From Eledone cirrhosa (Eukaryota), in assembly GCA_964016885.1 (NCBI GenBank), contig OZ024745.1:32302001-32366000 (forward strand): a stretch of 64,000 bases of DNA, given 5' to 3'. The position numbers and the translations under genes are program-made. Under the pieces are notes generated by a model, which saw nothing but the letters and a program-made list of their open reading frames with translations, was not told where the DNA came from and did no database searches. This document shows positions 40,419 through 57,162 of this stretch, one piece after another (position 1 is the stretch's first letter; each line of letters starts with the position of its first letter).

Positions 40419-40649
40419 CATATATATATACATATATACATATATATATACATATATACATATATATATATATACATATATACATATACATATATATATA
40501 TACATATATATACATATATATATACATATATATACATATATATATATACATATATATATATATACATATATATATATACATATATATATATACATATATA
40601 CATATATATATATACATATACATATATATATATACATATATATATATAC

Positions 40650-40680
<31 letters not shown>

Positions 40681-41692
40681 ATGTATATATATACATATAT
40701 ATATATATATATGTATATATCTATATGTATATATATGTATATATATGTATATATATATATATGTATATATGTATATATATACATATATATATATACATAT
40801 ATACATATACATGTATATATGTATATATATATGTATATATATATGTATATATGTATATATATATGTATATATATATATATACATATATATATACATATAT
40901 ACATATATACATATATATGTATATAATATATACATATATTATACATATATACATATATATATATACACATATATATATATATATATAACACATATATATA
41001 TATATATACACATATATATATATATACACATATATATATTATATACACATATATATATATACACATATATATATATACACATATATATATACATATATAT
41101 ATATACACATATATATATACACATATATATATATACACATATATATATATACACATATATATATATACACACATATATATATATACATATATATATATAC
41201 ACATATATATATACACATATATATATAACACATATATATATACACATATATATATATACACATATATATATATACACATATATATATACACATATATATA
41301 TACACATATATATATACACATATATATATACACATATATATATACACATATATATATACACATATATATATACATATATATATATACATATATATATATA
41401 CATATATATATATACACATATATATATACACATATATATATACACATATATATATACACATATATATATACATATATATATATACATATATATATATACA
41501 TATATATATATACATATACATATATACATATATATATACATATATATATATACATATATATACATATATATATATACATATACATATACATATACACATA
41601 TATACATATATATACATATATACATATATATATACATATATACATATATATATAGTACATATATATATACATATATACATATATATATATAC

Positions 41693-41723
<31 letters not shown>

Positions 41724-41933
41724 CATATATATATATACATATATATATACATATAATATATATACATATATATATATACATATATATATATACATATATA
41801 TATATACATATATATATATACATATATATATATACATATATATATATACATATATATATATACATATATATATATACATATATATATATACATATATATA
41901 TATACATATATATATATACATATATATATATAG

Positions 41934-41978
<45 letters not shown>

Positions 41979-42058
41979 GTATATATATATGTATATATAT
42001 ATATGTATATATATATATGTATATATATATATGTATATATAATGTATATATATATATG

Positions 42059-42089
<31 letters not shown>

Positions 42090-42118
42090 GTATATATATA
42101 TATGTATATATATATATG

Positions 42119-42149
<31 letters not shown>

Positions 42150-42294
42150 GTATATATATATATGTATATATGTATATATATATATGTATATATATATATG
42201 TATATATGTATATATATATGTATATATGTATATATATGTATATATGTATATATGTATATATGTATATATATATGTATATATATATATGTATATG

Positions 42295-42339
<45 letters not shown>

Positions 42340-42543
42340 GTATATATCATATATATATATGTATATATATATATGTATATATATATATACATATATATAT
42401 ATATACATATATATATATACATATATATATATACATATATATACATATATATATATACATATATATATATACATATATATAAATACATATATATATATAC
42501 ATATATATATATACATATATATATATACATACATATATATACA

Positions 42544-42595
<52 letters not shown>

Positions 42596-42861
42596 CATAT
42601 ATATATACATACATATATATATACATACATATATATATACATACATATATACATACATATATATATACATACATATATATATACATACATATATATATAC
42701 ATACATATATATATACATTATATATATACATACATATATATATACATATATATATACATATATATACATATATACATATATATACATATATATATACATA
42801 TATATACATATATATATATACATATATATATATATACATATATATATATACATATATATAC

Positions 42862-42907
<46 letters not shown>

Positions 42908-42933
42908 ACATATATATATATACATATATATAC

Positions 42934-43022
<89 letters not shown>

Positions 43023-43023
43023 C

Positions 43024-43089
<66 letters not shown>

Positions 43090-43094
43090 GCATA

Positions 43095-43234
<140 letters not shown>

Positions 43235-43235
43235 C

Positions 43236-43272
<37 letters not shown>

Positions 43273-43457
43273 CATATATATACATATATATATATACATA
43301 TATATACATATATATATACATATATATATATACATATATATATATACATATATATATATACATATATATATATATACATATACATATATACATATACATA
43401 TATATATACATATACATATATACATATACATATATATATATACATATATATATATAC

Positions 43458-43520
<63 letters not shown>

Positions 43521-43527
43521 CATATAC

Positions 43528-43574
<47 letters not shown>

Positions 43575-43613
43575 CATATATATATATACATATATATATA
43601 TATACATATACAT

Positions 43614-43830
43614 ATGGTGGCTGCCAACTCGTTTTCGAGTACGGCCACTACTTTATAACCAGGTAGGAGAACCCCTACCGATACGCTGAACGAGTGTGAC
43701 TTTTTAGTCCAGCCAGCAACTTGAAAACTCTGGTACAAAACACTACACTTGTGACAATTATTGACACATAGTGCTGGGCCCATGGTACCATGTAATGACA
43801 AGTGCAGAGAGATCTCCAGATACAAAGCAA
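43614..43830 (-). mobile_element. Second copy of the RTE-like 3' end
   Basis: Colinear with 35323-35509 and sharing the same 3' terminus (..ggcagccaccat). Confidence 0.75.
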
Positions 43831-44078
43831 TGCCTGTGCCGTGAAGCTTTTATAGTGAGCAAAGGCACTGCACAAAGCCAGTCCCACTCTCTAACCAAGA
43901 TGATATTTACCAAAAAGAAGAACAAGTCAACATCATTGGATACCATCAGGGTTGCAGGTGTTATATCAGAGTTTTCCTTCTCCTAGAATTCTGCCTTGAC
44001 AAAGGCTAAGGGTCATCTCTCCCGGACATATACATATACATATATATATATATACATATACATATATATATATATAAC

Positions 44079-44119
<41 letters not shown>

Positions 44120-44162
44120 CACATTTATATATATATATACACATATAATATATAGTATACAC

Positions 44163-44229
<67 letters not shown>

Positions 44230-44281
44230 TATATATATATACACATATATATATATATATACACATATATATATATTATAC

Positions 44282-44314
<33 letters not shown>

Positions 44315-44315
44315 C

Positions 44316-44348
<33 letters not shown>

Positions 44349-44408
44349 CATATATATATACATATATATATATATACATATATATATACATAATATATAT
44401 ACATATAC

Positions 44409-44453
<45 letters not shown>

Positions 44454-44454
44454 C

Positions 44455-44546
<92 letters not shown>

Positions 44547-44554
44547 GTATATAC

Positions 44555-44585
<31 letters not shown>

Positions 44586-44669
44586 CATATACATATATAT
44601 GTATATACATATATATATATATTACATATATATATATATGTATATACATATATATATATATTATACATA

Positions 44670-44704
<35 letters not shown>

Positions 44705-44784
44705 GTATATACATATATATATGTATATACATATATATATATATACATATATATATATATGTATATATATATATATGTATATAC

Positions 44785-44944
<160 letters not shown>

Positions 44945-45341
44945 GTATATATATATATATGTATATATATATATGTATATATATATATGTATATATATAT
45001 ATATGTATATATATATACATATATATATACAACAATAATAATAATAATAAAGTGATGTGATGGTGATGATTAATAGAAAATGCTATTTTCATCATTTCAA
45101 AAAAGCAAAACAATTGATACGTTGGATATGACTATTGGTCGTTAGCATGCTCAACCAGCCGTGACGCTTAAACCAATCAGCTGTAGTAATTCAGTGAAAC
45201 TACACACTGATTGGTCGAAATACAGTTTACAGGGCTTTGCATTCTGGAGCCACTTTTCTCTGTATAAAATGTATAAAAGGTAGGAAATTTACCCATCTCA
45301 TTACAGTTGAAAATTGCAAACTCGACTGTCACCACATATCA

Positions 45342-45380
45342 TGAACCTGAAGATTGCGAAAGCATGAAAGTACTTGTTCA
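45342..45380 (+). ncRNA. Minimal type I hammerhead ribozyme
   Basis: tgaac CTGAAGA ttgc-gaaa-gcat GAAA gtac TT^ gttca: GAAA tetraloop on stem II and palindromic AGTACT stem III. Confidence 0.78.
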
Positions 45381-45539
45381 ATTAACACTTAGAATTTAAT
45401 ATTCTATCATACTATTTCATTATAATACCATTATATATATTTTAAAGGATTGTAAATAAAACGAGTAAATCAGACAAAGTTGGAATTCCTCTTATTAATA
45501 CATATATATATATATACATATATATATATATGTATATAC

Positions 45540-45570
<31 letters not shown>

Positions 45571-45625
45571 CATATACATATATATATATATACATATATA
45601 TACATATATATATATATGTATATAC

Positions 45626-45656
<31 letters not shown>

Positions 45657-47122
45657 CATATATATATATATGTATATACATATATATATATATACATACA
45701 TATATATATATACATACATACATATATATACATTATATATATATATACATACATATAATATATACATATATATATATACATACATATATATATACAGATA
45801 TATATATACATACATATATATATACATATATATATATACATACATATATATACATTACATACATATATCCATACATATATACATACATATATACATACAT
45901 ATATATATACATATATATATACATACATACATATATATATACATATATATATATATACATACATACATACATATATATATATATACATACATACATACAT
46001 ATATACATATATATATATATACATACATACAAATATATATACATACATACATATATATATACATACATATATATATATACTACATATATTATATACATAC
46101 ATACTATATATATATACATACATATATATATATACATACATATATATATATACATACATACATATATAACATACATACATATATATATACATACATATAT
46201 TAAACATACATATATATATATATATACATACATATATATATATATATATACATACATATATATATATATATACATACATACATATATATATATACATACA
46301 TACATATATACATATATATATATACATACATACATATATATATACATATATATATACATATATATATATACATACATACATATATATATACATATATATA
46401 TATATATACATACATACATATATATATACATATATATATATATACATACATACACATATACATATATATATATACATACACATATACATATATATATATA
46501 TACATACATACACACATATATATATACATATATATATACATACACATATACATATATATATATATATACATACATACACACATATATATATACATATATA
46601 TATACATATATATATATACATACATACATATATATACATATACATATATATATACATACATATATACATATACATATATATATATACATATATATATACA
46701 TATATATATATACATATATATATATACATATATATATATACATATATATATATACATATATATAGTATACATATAATATATACATATATATATATACATA
46801 TATATACTACATATATATATATACATATATATATATACATATACATATATATATATACATATACATATATACATATACATATATATATATACATATATAT
46901 ATATACATATATATATATACATATACATATATATATATACATATATATATATACATATATATATACATATATATATACATATATATATATACATATATAT
47001 ATACATATATATATACATATACATATATACATATATATATACATATATATATATACATATATATATACACATATATATATACATATATATATACATATAT
47101 ATATACATATATATATACATAC

Positions 47123-47159
<37 letters not shown>

Positions 47160-47243
47160 CATAAAAACAAATAACGAAACGAAATTAAATTTCGTTTCGT
47201 TTGTAACTCACTTTTGTATGACTGACGCTTAAACAATTAGGTA

Positions 47244-47288
47244 AATATTGCTGATGAGTTGTAACAACAACGAAACTAGTTCAATATT
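47244..47288 (+). ncRNA. Minimal type I hammerhead ribozyme
   Basis: aatattg CTGATGA gttgt-aaca-acaac GAAA ctag TT^ caatatt: 7-bp stem I, 5-bp stem II, palindromic ACTAGT stem III. An upstream hairpin aacgaaacgaaat/atttcgtttcgtt lies at 47173-47201. Confidence 0.85.
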
Positions 47289-47613
47289 CCTTGTCTGGCT
47301 TTCTGGAGAATAGAGGAATGGTGTTTCCTCAAAAACCAGTATGACTCTAAAAAACCGGTTTGTCTGTGTGTTTACATACAGAATAGCTGGATACTCACAG
47401 TAAAGTAACCAGTGAAAGACTTGGTACATCTACATATGTATACGTGTGTGTATTCATATGCATACTAGTATTTCAGTATACATATATGGATGTACATTTT
47501 TAACTTAATTATATATACATACATATATATATACATATATATATACATACATATATACATATATATATATATACATACATATATACATATATATACATAC
47601 ATATATACATACA

Positions 47614-47645
<32 letters not shown>

Positions 47646-48052
47646 CATACACATATATATATATACATACATATATATATATATACATACATATATATAT
47701 ATATACATACATATATATATATATACATACATATATATATATATACATACATATATATATATATACATACATATATATATATACATACATATATACATAT
47801 ACATACATATATATATACATACATATATATATATACATACATATATACATATATATATATACATACATATATATATACATACATATATATATATACATAC
47901 ATATATACATATATATATATACATACATATATACATATATATATATACATACATATATACATATATATATATACATACATATATATATACATATATATAT
48001 ATACATACATATATACATATATATATATACATACATATATACATATATATAT

Positions 48053-48083
<31 letters not shown>

Positions 48084-48176
48084 CATACTATAATATATAT
48101 ATATACATACATAATACAATATATATAACATACATACATATATAATATATATATACATACATATATATATATATAT

Positions 48177-48207
<31 letters not shown>

Positions 48208-48537
48208 CATACATATATATATATATATATACATACATATATATATATATACATACATACATACATACATATATATATACATACATACATACATACATAT
48301 ATATATACATACATACATACATATATATATACATACATACATACATACATATATATATACATACATACATACATATATATATACATACATACATATATAT
48401 ATACATACATACATACATACATATATATATACATACATACATACATATATATATACATACATACATATATATATATATACATACATATATATATATATAT
48501 ACATACATACATATATATATACATACACACATATATA

Positions 48538-48577
<40 letters not shown>

Positions 48578-48702
48578 CATACATATATATATATATACAT
48601 ACATACATATATACATACATATATATATATATACATACATACATATATACATACATATATATATATATACATACATACATATATACATACATATATATAT
48701 AC

Positions 48703-48751
<49 letters not shown>

Positions 48752-48779
48752 CATACATATATATATATATATACATACA

Positions 48780-48811
<32 letters not shown>

Positions 48812-48836
48812 CATACATATATATATATACATACAT

Positions 48837-48910
<74 letters not shown>

Positions 48911-48916
48911 CAAATA

Positions 48917-48961
<45 letters not shown>

Positions 48962-48968
48962 ATACATA

Positions 48969-49000
<32 letters not shown>

Positions 49001-49116
49001 CATACATATATATATATACATACATATATATATATACATACATATATATATATACATACATATATATATATACATACATATATATATATACATACATATA
49101 TATATATACATACATA

Positions 49117-49172
<56 letters not shown>

Positions 49173-50947
49173 CATACATATATATATATACATACATATA
49201 TATATATATATATACATACATACATACATACATATATATATATACATACATACATATATATACATATATACATATACATATATATATATATATATATATA
49301 CATACATACATATATACATACATACATACATATATATATACATACATACATATATATATATACATACATACATATATTTATATATATACATACATACATA
49401 CATATACATACATACATACATATACATACATACATATATAACTTTGAATAACTTTGAAATGTTTTGGCCAGTATTGGCCCAGGCCATGTCTAACTTAATA
49501 GCACCACCTGGCGAAGTCTTTCAATTCAGGATTTGGGCACCATGGCCCATTCGAGAAGAGAATTACTGTTTGCGGAGACATATCCGGGTGTGGGTGGTTT
49601 GTCCGGGATTACTTGGAGGAATACATTCATATACATACATACATATATATATGTATGTATATGTATTTATATACATATACATCCATATATATATATATAT
49701 ACATACATATATATATATACATATACATCCATATATATATATACTATACATCATACATCATATATATACATATACATATATATATATACATCCATATACA
49801 TACATATATATATATACATCCATATACATACATATATATATATACATCATTATACATACATATATATATATACATATACATACATATATATATATACATA
49901 TACATACATATATATATATACATATACATACATATATATATATACATATACATACATATATATATATACATATACATACATATATAATATACATATACAT
50001 ACATATATATATATACATATACATACATATATATATATACATATACATACATATATATATATACATATACATACATATATATATATACATATACATACAT
50101 ATATATATATACATATACATACTATATATATATACATATACATACATATATATATAATATACATATACATACATATATATATATATACATATACATACAT
50201 ATATATATATATACATATACATCCATATATATAATATATACATATACATATACATAATATATATATATATACATATACATACATATATATATATATACAT
50301 ATACATCCATATATAATATATACATATACATCCATATATATATATATACATATACATCCATATATATATATAACATATACATACATATATACTATATATA
50401 CATATACATACATATATATATATATACATATACATATATATACATATATATATATACATATACTATACATAATATATATATATACATATACATCCATATA
50501 TATATATATACATATACATCATATATATTATATACATATACATCATATATATATATATACTTATACTCGATACTATAATATATACATATACATCCATATA
50601 TATATATAATATCATCCATATATCTATAATACATATACATACATATATATATATAATACATGATACATACGCATATATATATATATACTATACAATATAT
50701 ATGCATATATATATATACATAAATATACATATAATAATATACATATACATATATATAATACATATACATATATATATACAATATACTATATATATACATA
50801 TACATATAACTTTGAATAACTTGACAAAATGTTTGGCCAGTATTGGCCCAGGCATGTCCTAACTTAATAGCACCACCTGGCGAGTCTTTCAATTCAGGAT
50901 TTGGGCACACATGGGCCCATTTCGAGAAGAGAATTACTGTTTTGCGG

Positions 50948-51147
50948 NNNNNNNNNNNNNNNNNNNNNNNNNNNNNNNNNNNNNNNNNNNNNNNNNNNNN
51001 NNNNNNNNNNNNNNNNNNNNNNNNNNNNNNNNNNNNNNNNNNNNNNNNNNNNNNNNNNNNNNNNNNNNNNNNNNNNNNNNNNNNNNNNNNNNNNNNNNNN
51101 NNNNNNNNNNNNNNNNNNNNNNNNNNNNNNNNNNNNNNNNNNNNNNN
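50948..51147. other. Assembly gap (200 N)
   Basis: Run of n. Confidence 1.
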
Positions 51148-51570
51148 AAAATGAGATGGTCATGACTGTAATGTCTGTCTAATTTCATATTATTCCACTG
51201 CATGTAAAATTTTAAGAGAAAAATATCATCATCATCGTTTTTACGTCCACTCATGTTAACATGGGTTTGGACGAGATAGTTTGAAACTATGTTACAGCTA
51301 GATGCCCTTCCTGACACTAATCCTTTTAGTCACCTCTTACAACATGCAGGGATATAGTTATATATATTTGATATTACTTACCTTCAGATTGTGTCAAAGA
51401 TATCCTTGTATACATAGTAAGTATTTCAAATCCTTGTTAAAAGTATGTAAAATATGTTATTTAATTAAAAGAATATTCTATTTAAGACAAAGTCAAGCAA
51501 TATCATTGAGAGAAATTTCATAAATTATTTCAAAATTAGTATGTTTCAATGAGACTGTGAATTGGAGTCA

Positions 51571-51751
51571 TTGGCAGTATCGGTAGAGGGTCGGACACCA
51601 TGCTTTGACACATAGAGTTATGGCCCTTGCCATTCTGAGTTCAAATCCCGCCGAGGTTAACTTTGCCTTTCATCCTTACGGGGTCGATAAAATAAAGTAC
51701 CAGTAATGCACTGGGTAATTGCTGGCCTTGTGCCTAAAGTAGAAACAATTA
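51571..51751 (+). mobile_element. Young SINE family A, apparently nested in an older relative that continues to about 51880
   Basis: Very close to 34434-34620; a decayed head lies upstream and a decayed core downstream. Confidence 0.85.
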
Positions 51752-52074
51752 TAACATCAGGTAGAATGCTTTGCAGTATATGTTTTGGCTCTCTGCTCTC
51801 TCAATTCAAATCCTGGGTTTAACTTAGCTTTTCATCCATTTATGATTGATAAAAAAAAGTACAAGTCAAGTACTGGGGTTGATCTTTCCTTTATATCTCT
51901 TTCTCACTTCCATTCTCTCACTGTCTATGCTCTATCCTTCTCTAGAAGAAATCTGCTGTATTCAAATCATCTCCACTTATATCAACAGATAAAGAAATGG
52001 ATTATTTAATGAACTTCAAATTTTTACAGCTTACTGAAGGTACATAAAAATAAAAATAAACAATTATCTTCACT

Positions 52075-52880
52075 GCAAGACTTGTCACGGGCCAAATATG
52101 CGAAACATATAGACTAAGCAATTTCTTTGATACACCATTAAAACCTTTCCTAAAATATGTTCCAACCTATGCCCAAAGATTTGCCAGAAAAAGTAAATCA
52201 TTCAATGTGGTTAGTATATATACTAATATCCAACACAATACAGGCTATACAATATTGACTCAACATTACCGGACCCTATAAAAACAAATTTCTTTATCAA
52301 AAGTCACAGGTTTATTTTACAAAACGATTGATGAATGCCCTTTAATTTCGAAAACAGTCATGGGTACTAAAGTAGCTCCAATATATACAAATCTGGGTAT
52401 GGGTTACCATGCAAAGTAAATTTATGAAGAGTCACTAAAAATTTCAGAGTCAACTTTTATTGATAATTAAAGAAAATTGGAAAAGATTTCTTGATGACTG
52501 ATTTATATTATGAAATGAAACAGTAAAACTAGAGTTGTCTAAATATATCATAAACACTATAAATATCAATATTTAAATCATAATAGAATTGAACAAGAAT
52601 GAACTCCTCTTTTGGAATATTTTAATAAAGGAAGGTTGAAACGGATATCTGTCATAAGCCCACTGACTCAAAACAGTACTTACTATTCACATCCTACCAT
52701 CCCAAACACACACAAGCACATTATTTCCAGCCTAACAATATAAGACCAAAGGTTAATAGAATTAAAAAACATCTTAATCCTCTGAAAATTTCCTGCCATT
52801 TTAGAGAAAAGTGGAATAGAAAGAGCAAAAAATATAAATATTCAAGATTTACAGACAGTAAAAAATAAACCAAAAGGAAG
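52075..52880 (+). pseudogene. Decayed Penelope-like element (Neptune-type) reverse transcriptase
   Basis: Read across frames: RLVTGQICETYRLSNFFDTPLKPFLKYVPTY, SFNVVSIYTNIQH, TVMGTKVAPIYTNLGMGY, WKRFLDD, ETDICHKPTDSKQYLLFTSYHPKHT. These are PLE RT motifs in order, with many stops and frameshifts. Confidence 0.88.
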
Positions 52881-53189
52881 CATATCAACATACAATCTGA
52901 GAAATATTGAAATCTATAATCATATTCATAGGAATGTACTTATTATGTATAATCGTGAAAAAAAAAATGAAAAAGTTTTGGAGACTCATCAAATTATAAA
53001 GAGCAAATGATGACATCAAATTTGGAAAATATTGCCCACAAGTGCAAACATTCATATACAATCCATGAGTAACATAACGTTGAAGACCTAATTGTAGAAT
53101 TTGTGAGTATTTGCTGGAGGATTTAGAATCGAAGATGGACAAACTTTTAAACTTGAAAAGCTTCACATATTCATTTGGTAATCTCATGC

Positions 53190-54450
53190 TGCAAATGTGA
53201 GGCAAATAACATTCCTTCTCTACCTCCAGCTTTGTTTCTTCGGTCACAAACCTGCAATGTGGAAGAGAAGAAGACAGCCAAATACTGGGGTCTGGCTGAC
53301 CACTTCTTCTTTGTAACTGTCTTCATTGAGACCTCTGGGGTCCTTGGCCCCTCACTGCTGATTTCCTCTATAAAGTCAGAAAATGGCGGCCTGCTTCAGG
53401 AGTGAGCCCTGTAAGGTGGGGTGGCTGTTGCAGCTAAGGGGTTTTTGGAGCTTAAGCCCCTCCAATAATGTGGAAACCTGTTGAATGATCTTAAAATTTT
53501 GTTAGTTAAAACTCTGACGACTCTAAATATGTTAGTATGATCATGTTTTTAATTTCTTTCTTAGTCTCATATAAATGATAAAAAAGTATGAGCTAATAAT
53601 ACACATGTATAATATATATACTTCAACCCCTCTGAACCTAAAACTGAATTGGAAGCTCTGTTTAGGAATAATGTTCCACCAAAGAAACTCCCATCCCAAG
53701 TCATGTGACTGTCATAGCATTCAAAGATTAAATGCTGTTTATTTAGAATACAAACTTATAGTAAAGAAACACTGTAAACTAGTTAAAGCTTTTACTGTTG
53801 ATAATAAACAGTAATTAATCTTATTATAAACTGTATATAAGATGTGATATTTAATATTGTTATAAACTAAGAAACTTAGAGTATATTTATTGTTTAACAT
53901 TACTCTATATATACTATTGTATTTTCGTGGTAAAGTCTTTATCTCACATAATTATCTCACACAATATCGAATCTATGATATTATTCATTTTGAGAAAAAT
54001 ACTTTAACATCAGTATGAGTGGCCAGTTTGAACAGAAAGAGAGGAGAGAATTCAGGCCAGGAACAGTTGGTTTAAATGCTAAAGGGTTAATATCATTGTT
54101 ATGAAATGTATAAAATTAGATATATACATGGTGTACACTTTCGTATCAGTCTCATTTGGGACACCACAGTTACTGACACTTTTGCTCCGTCTCACATCTT
54201 GAATGCTGTCGTAAATGTGAGGCTCACGGCTTCCACAGCCTGACAATAAAATTCTAAAATACTGAGACTTATTGGTTAACCATTTCTTCCAGTTGGTGGC
54301 TTTCAATGAAGTTCTTGTCATCATTAGCAGTTCATCTTACTGAATTATCAGGTGATGCCTGCAAAGGGTGTTTGGTTGTTCCAGTGTCTTAGCCTCACTA
54401 CCACCCATGGTAATGCTGCCTGTGTATTGGCTTGCCTCAAAAGGTATTAG
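53190..54450 (+). pseudogene. Two CRE-clade-like RLE C-terminal fragments (about 53190-53430 and 54350-54450) separated by unrelated DNA
   Basis: EEKKTAKY..L...FFFVTVFIETSGVLGP and WLFQCLSLTTTHGNAACVL resemble the K..KY...ET.G..G...QRLS....GNA motif. Confidence 0.55.
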
Positions 54451-54686
54451 AGACAGGCTGCCAAATATCTACTGTTAGTATTTCTCTTATCTAATTTGTT
54501 TCTATATTATCTAACATGTGTGGACAGACATCACCTGTTTCAATATATATATATATATATAGATATATATAGAGAGAGAGAGAGACACATATATATAGAC
54601 ACATATATATTTATTCATTTTCCCTTTCCCAGCAAGCATGAAACTAAAACTGTAATTGTATCCCTGTGTTTGTCATTTTTATCTTG

Positions 54687-55113
<427 letters not shown>

Positions 55114-56679
55114 GCATTCTTGTTCTTCTCTCTCTCTCCTTTGCTCCTCACTTCATATCAATGAGTATTTCTAGGACGATTAAGACATTTTATTCTAAGT
55201 TAACCTTTGCTTCACCACCATTACCATCACTAACATCATCCGCCTCCACATAACTTTGTTTCAACCACCACCTCCTCCTCCTCAATAGTAATTACTCTTC
55301 ACCTACCTACTACCTGCATAGCTTTGTTTAACCCTGCCTCTGCCCTACCCCCACATCACCTTCAACTACAACATCAAGACCCCCCCCCCCTTACTCTTGC
55401 CTGTCACAAACCTTGTACTATAAACGTGTGTATGTATGTGGTGGGAGGGTTGTGAGATTGCAGTCATTAATAAAACTGGCTGATGACTTACTTTGGTGCT
55501 AGTTGTAGCTTAACTCCAATCAACATTGACCTTTGCATGCTTGTCTGGTCATTCATTGACTGACTGAGAACTGATTCATAAGGGAGCTATTCCAGCAAAC
55601 ACACACATATATAGACACATACATGCACATAAACATACACACACCTTCTTACATATACACATGCACACATACATAGACACATATGTACACATGCTTACAC
55701 AAACACATACATGCACACAAACATACACGCACATGCTTACATACACACGCAAACATTTGTGAACATACAGAAGCCATCAGTCAACCACTTGTTTACATTG
55801 TACATTCAAAAAATTATCATTAAGCTGGAAGGTAACTCCTACCATCACTACTATTGGTAAATAATCACTTCTCCCCAATGCCATGATTCAGCTGATGCAC
55901 AACCTCTATGTGGTCTCTCAAACTGCTAAAAATAATAGCTATGAAAAGGACATGTTAGATAATATGGTCGTGAATTCCACACTCAAAAGAAAAAGATGAG
56001 ATTGTCATGGCTGGAATATTATGAATCATAGGTATGCTTGATCAAGGTTGACCTGAAGCTAAACAGCAACTAGTGACAAATGACATCTCCTCAATGCTAA
56101 CAAACACAAGAGCCTCTAATCATTCATATTGTTGCCACCTCCACACCACACTAACCCCTACACCGTAGGGAATTCTCTCCTTGTTGACTTATGACAGTTT
56201 AAATGGAATGTTAATAGCAATGATTCCATCAGTCTTGGAGCCCTGTAAAATCCATGGGCACAGCCCCTTCCCTACAGCAAAAATAATTAAAACAAAACCA
56301 AGAAATACCAAGTTATATAATGTAGTTGTAACATTAAGTTTTATGCAGTTTATAACCAGCTCCTAACCCTTGAGTTTGAGTTTCTTTAGCAAAGTTCACT
56401 GTATTGCAGGCTTTTTCTGGTGTCTTTGCCCACCTTTTTTTTAATTCGTTTTGTGTGATGTGTCACAACAAAAAGCACCCAGTACTCACTGTAAATGAGG
56501 TTGGTGTTAGGAAAGCCATCTATCTGTAGAAACCAAGCTAAAATCAGTTCAGTATGAGCAAGACGTGGTCTCCTTACCTGGCATTGCCCACAACAGGACA
56601 ACTTATCTAACCTATGCTAGTGTGAAAAAAATAGACATTTAACGGTGATGATGATAAGCCACGTGGGACACTTTTTCAA

Positions 56680-56710
<31 letters not shown>

Positions 56711-57162
56711 GCATCAGCAAAGAATGCACATGGAAAAAGTTACATAAGACAAACAGTTGCATCTCTAGACCTTTTCAGACAACTTTCTCATGCAATTTTA
56801 TGCATAAAGATGAGATTTCACTTGTAACACCAGTGTGGACAGAGATTAGAGAACCACTCTGTTGGTAAGATGTTTATAAAACAATATCACAACAGAGAAT
56901 GAACAAATAGATGGAATATTATGACTAGAATTAGACTAAAATGTGAAACAGGTTAAAACTGGGAAGATGGAGGGATTTCTTCTTCGATTTCAACGTCTTC
57001 TTACATCTACAGTCAATGGATCTATTTTTATTTGCAATTATAACCTAATTTTATTGTTGATTTTATAATATGGAATTTGATAGTTGTAAAATAACAACAT
57101 AAAATTACATTTACATTTAGGGTAAACATATTTTTAGAATTATTTTTTTCAGCATATATATA

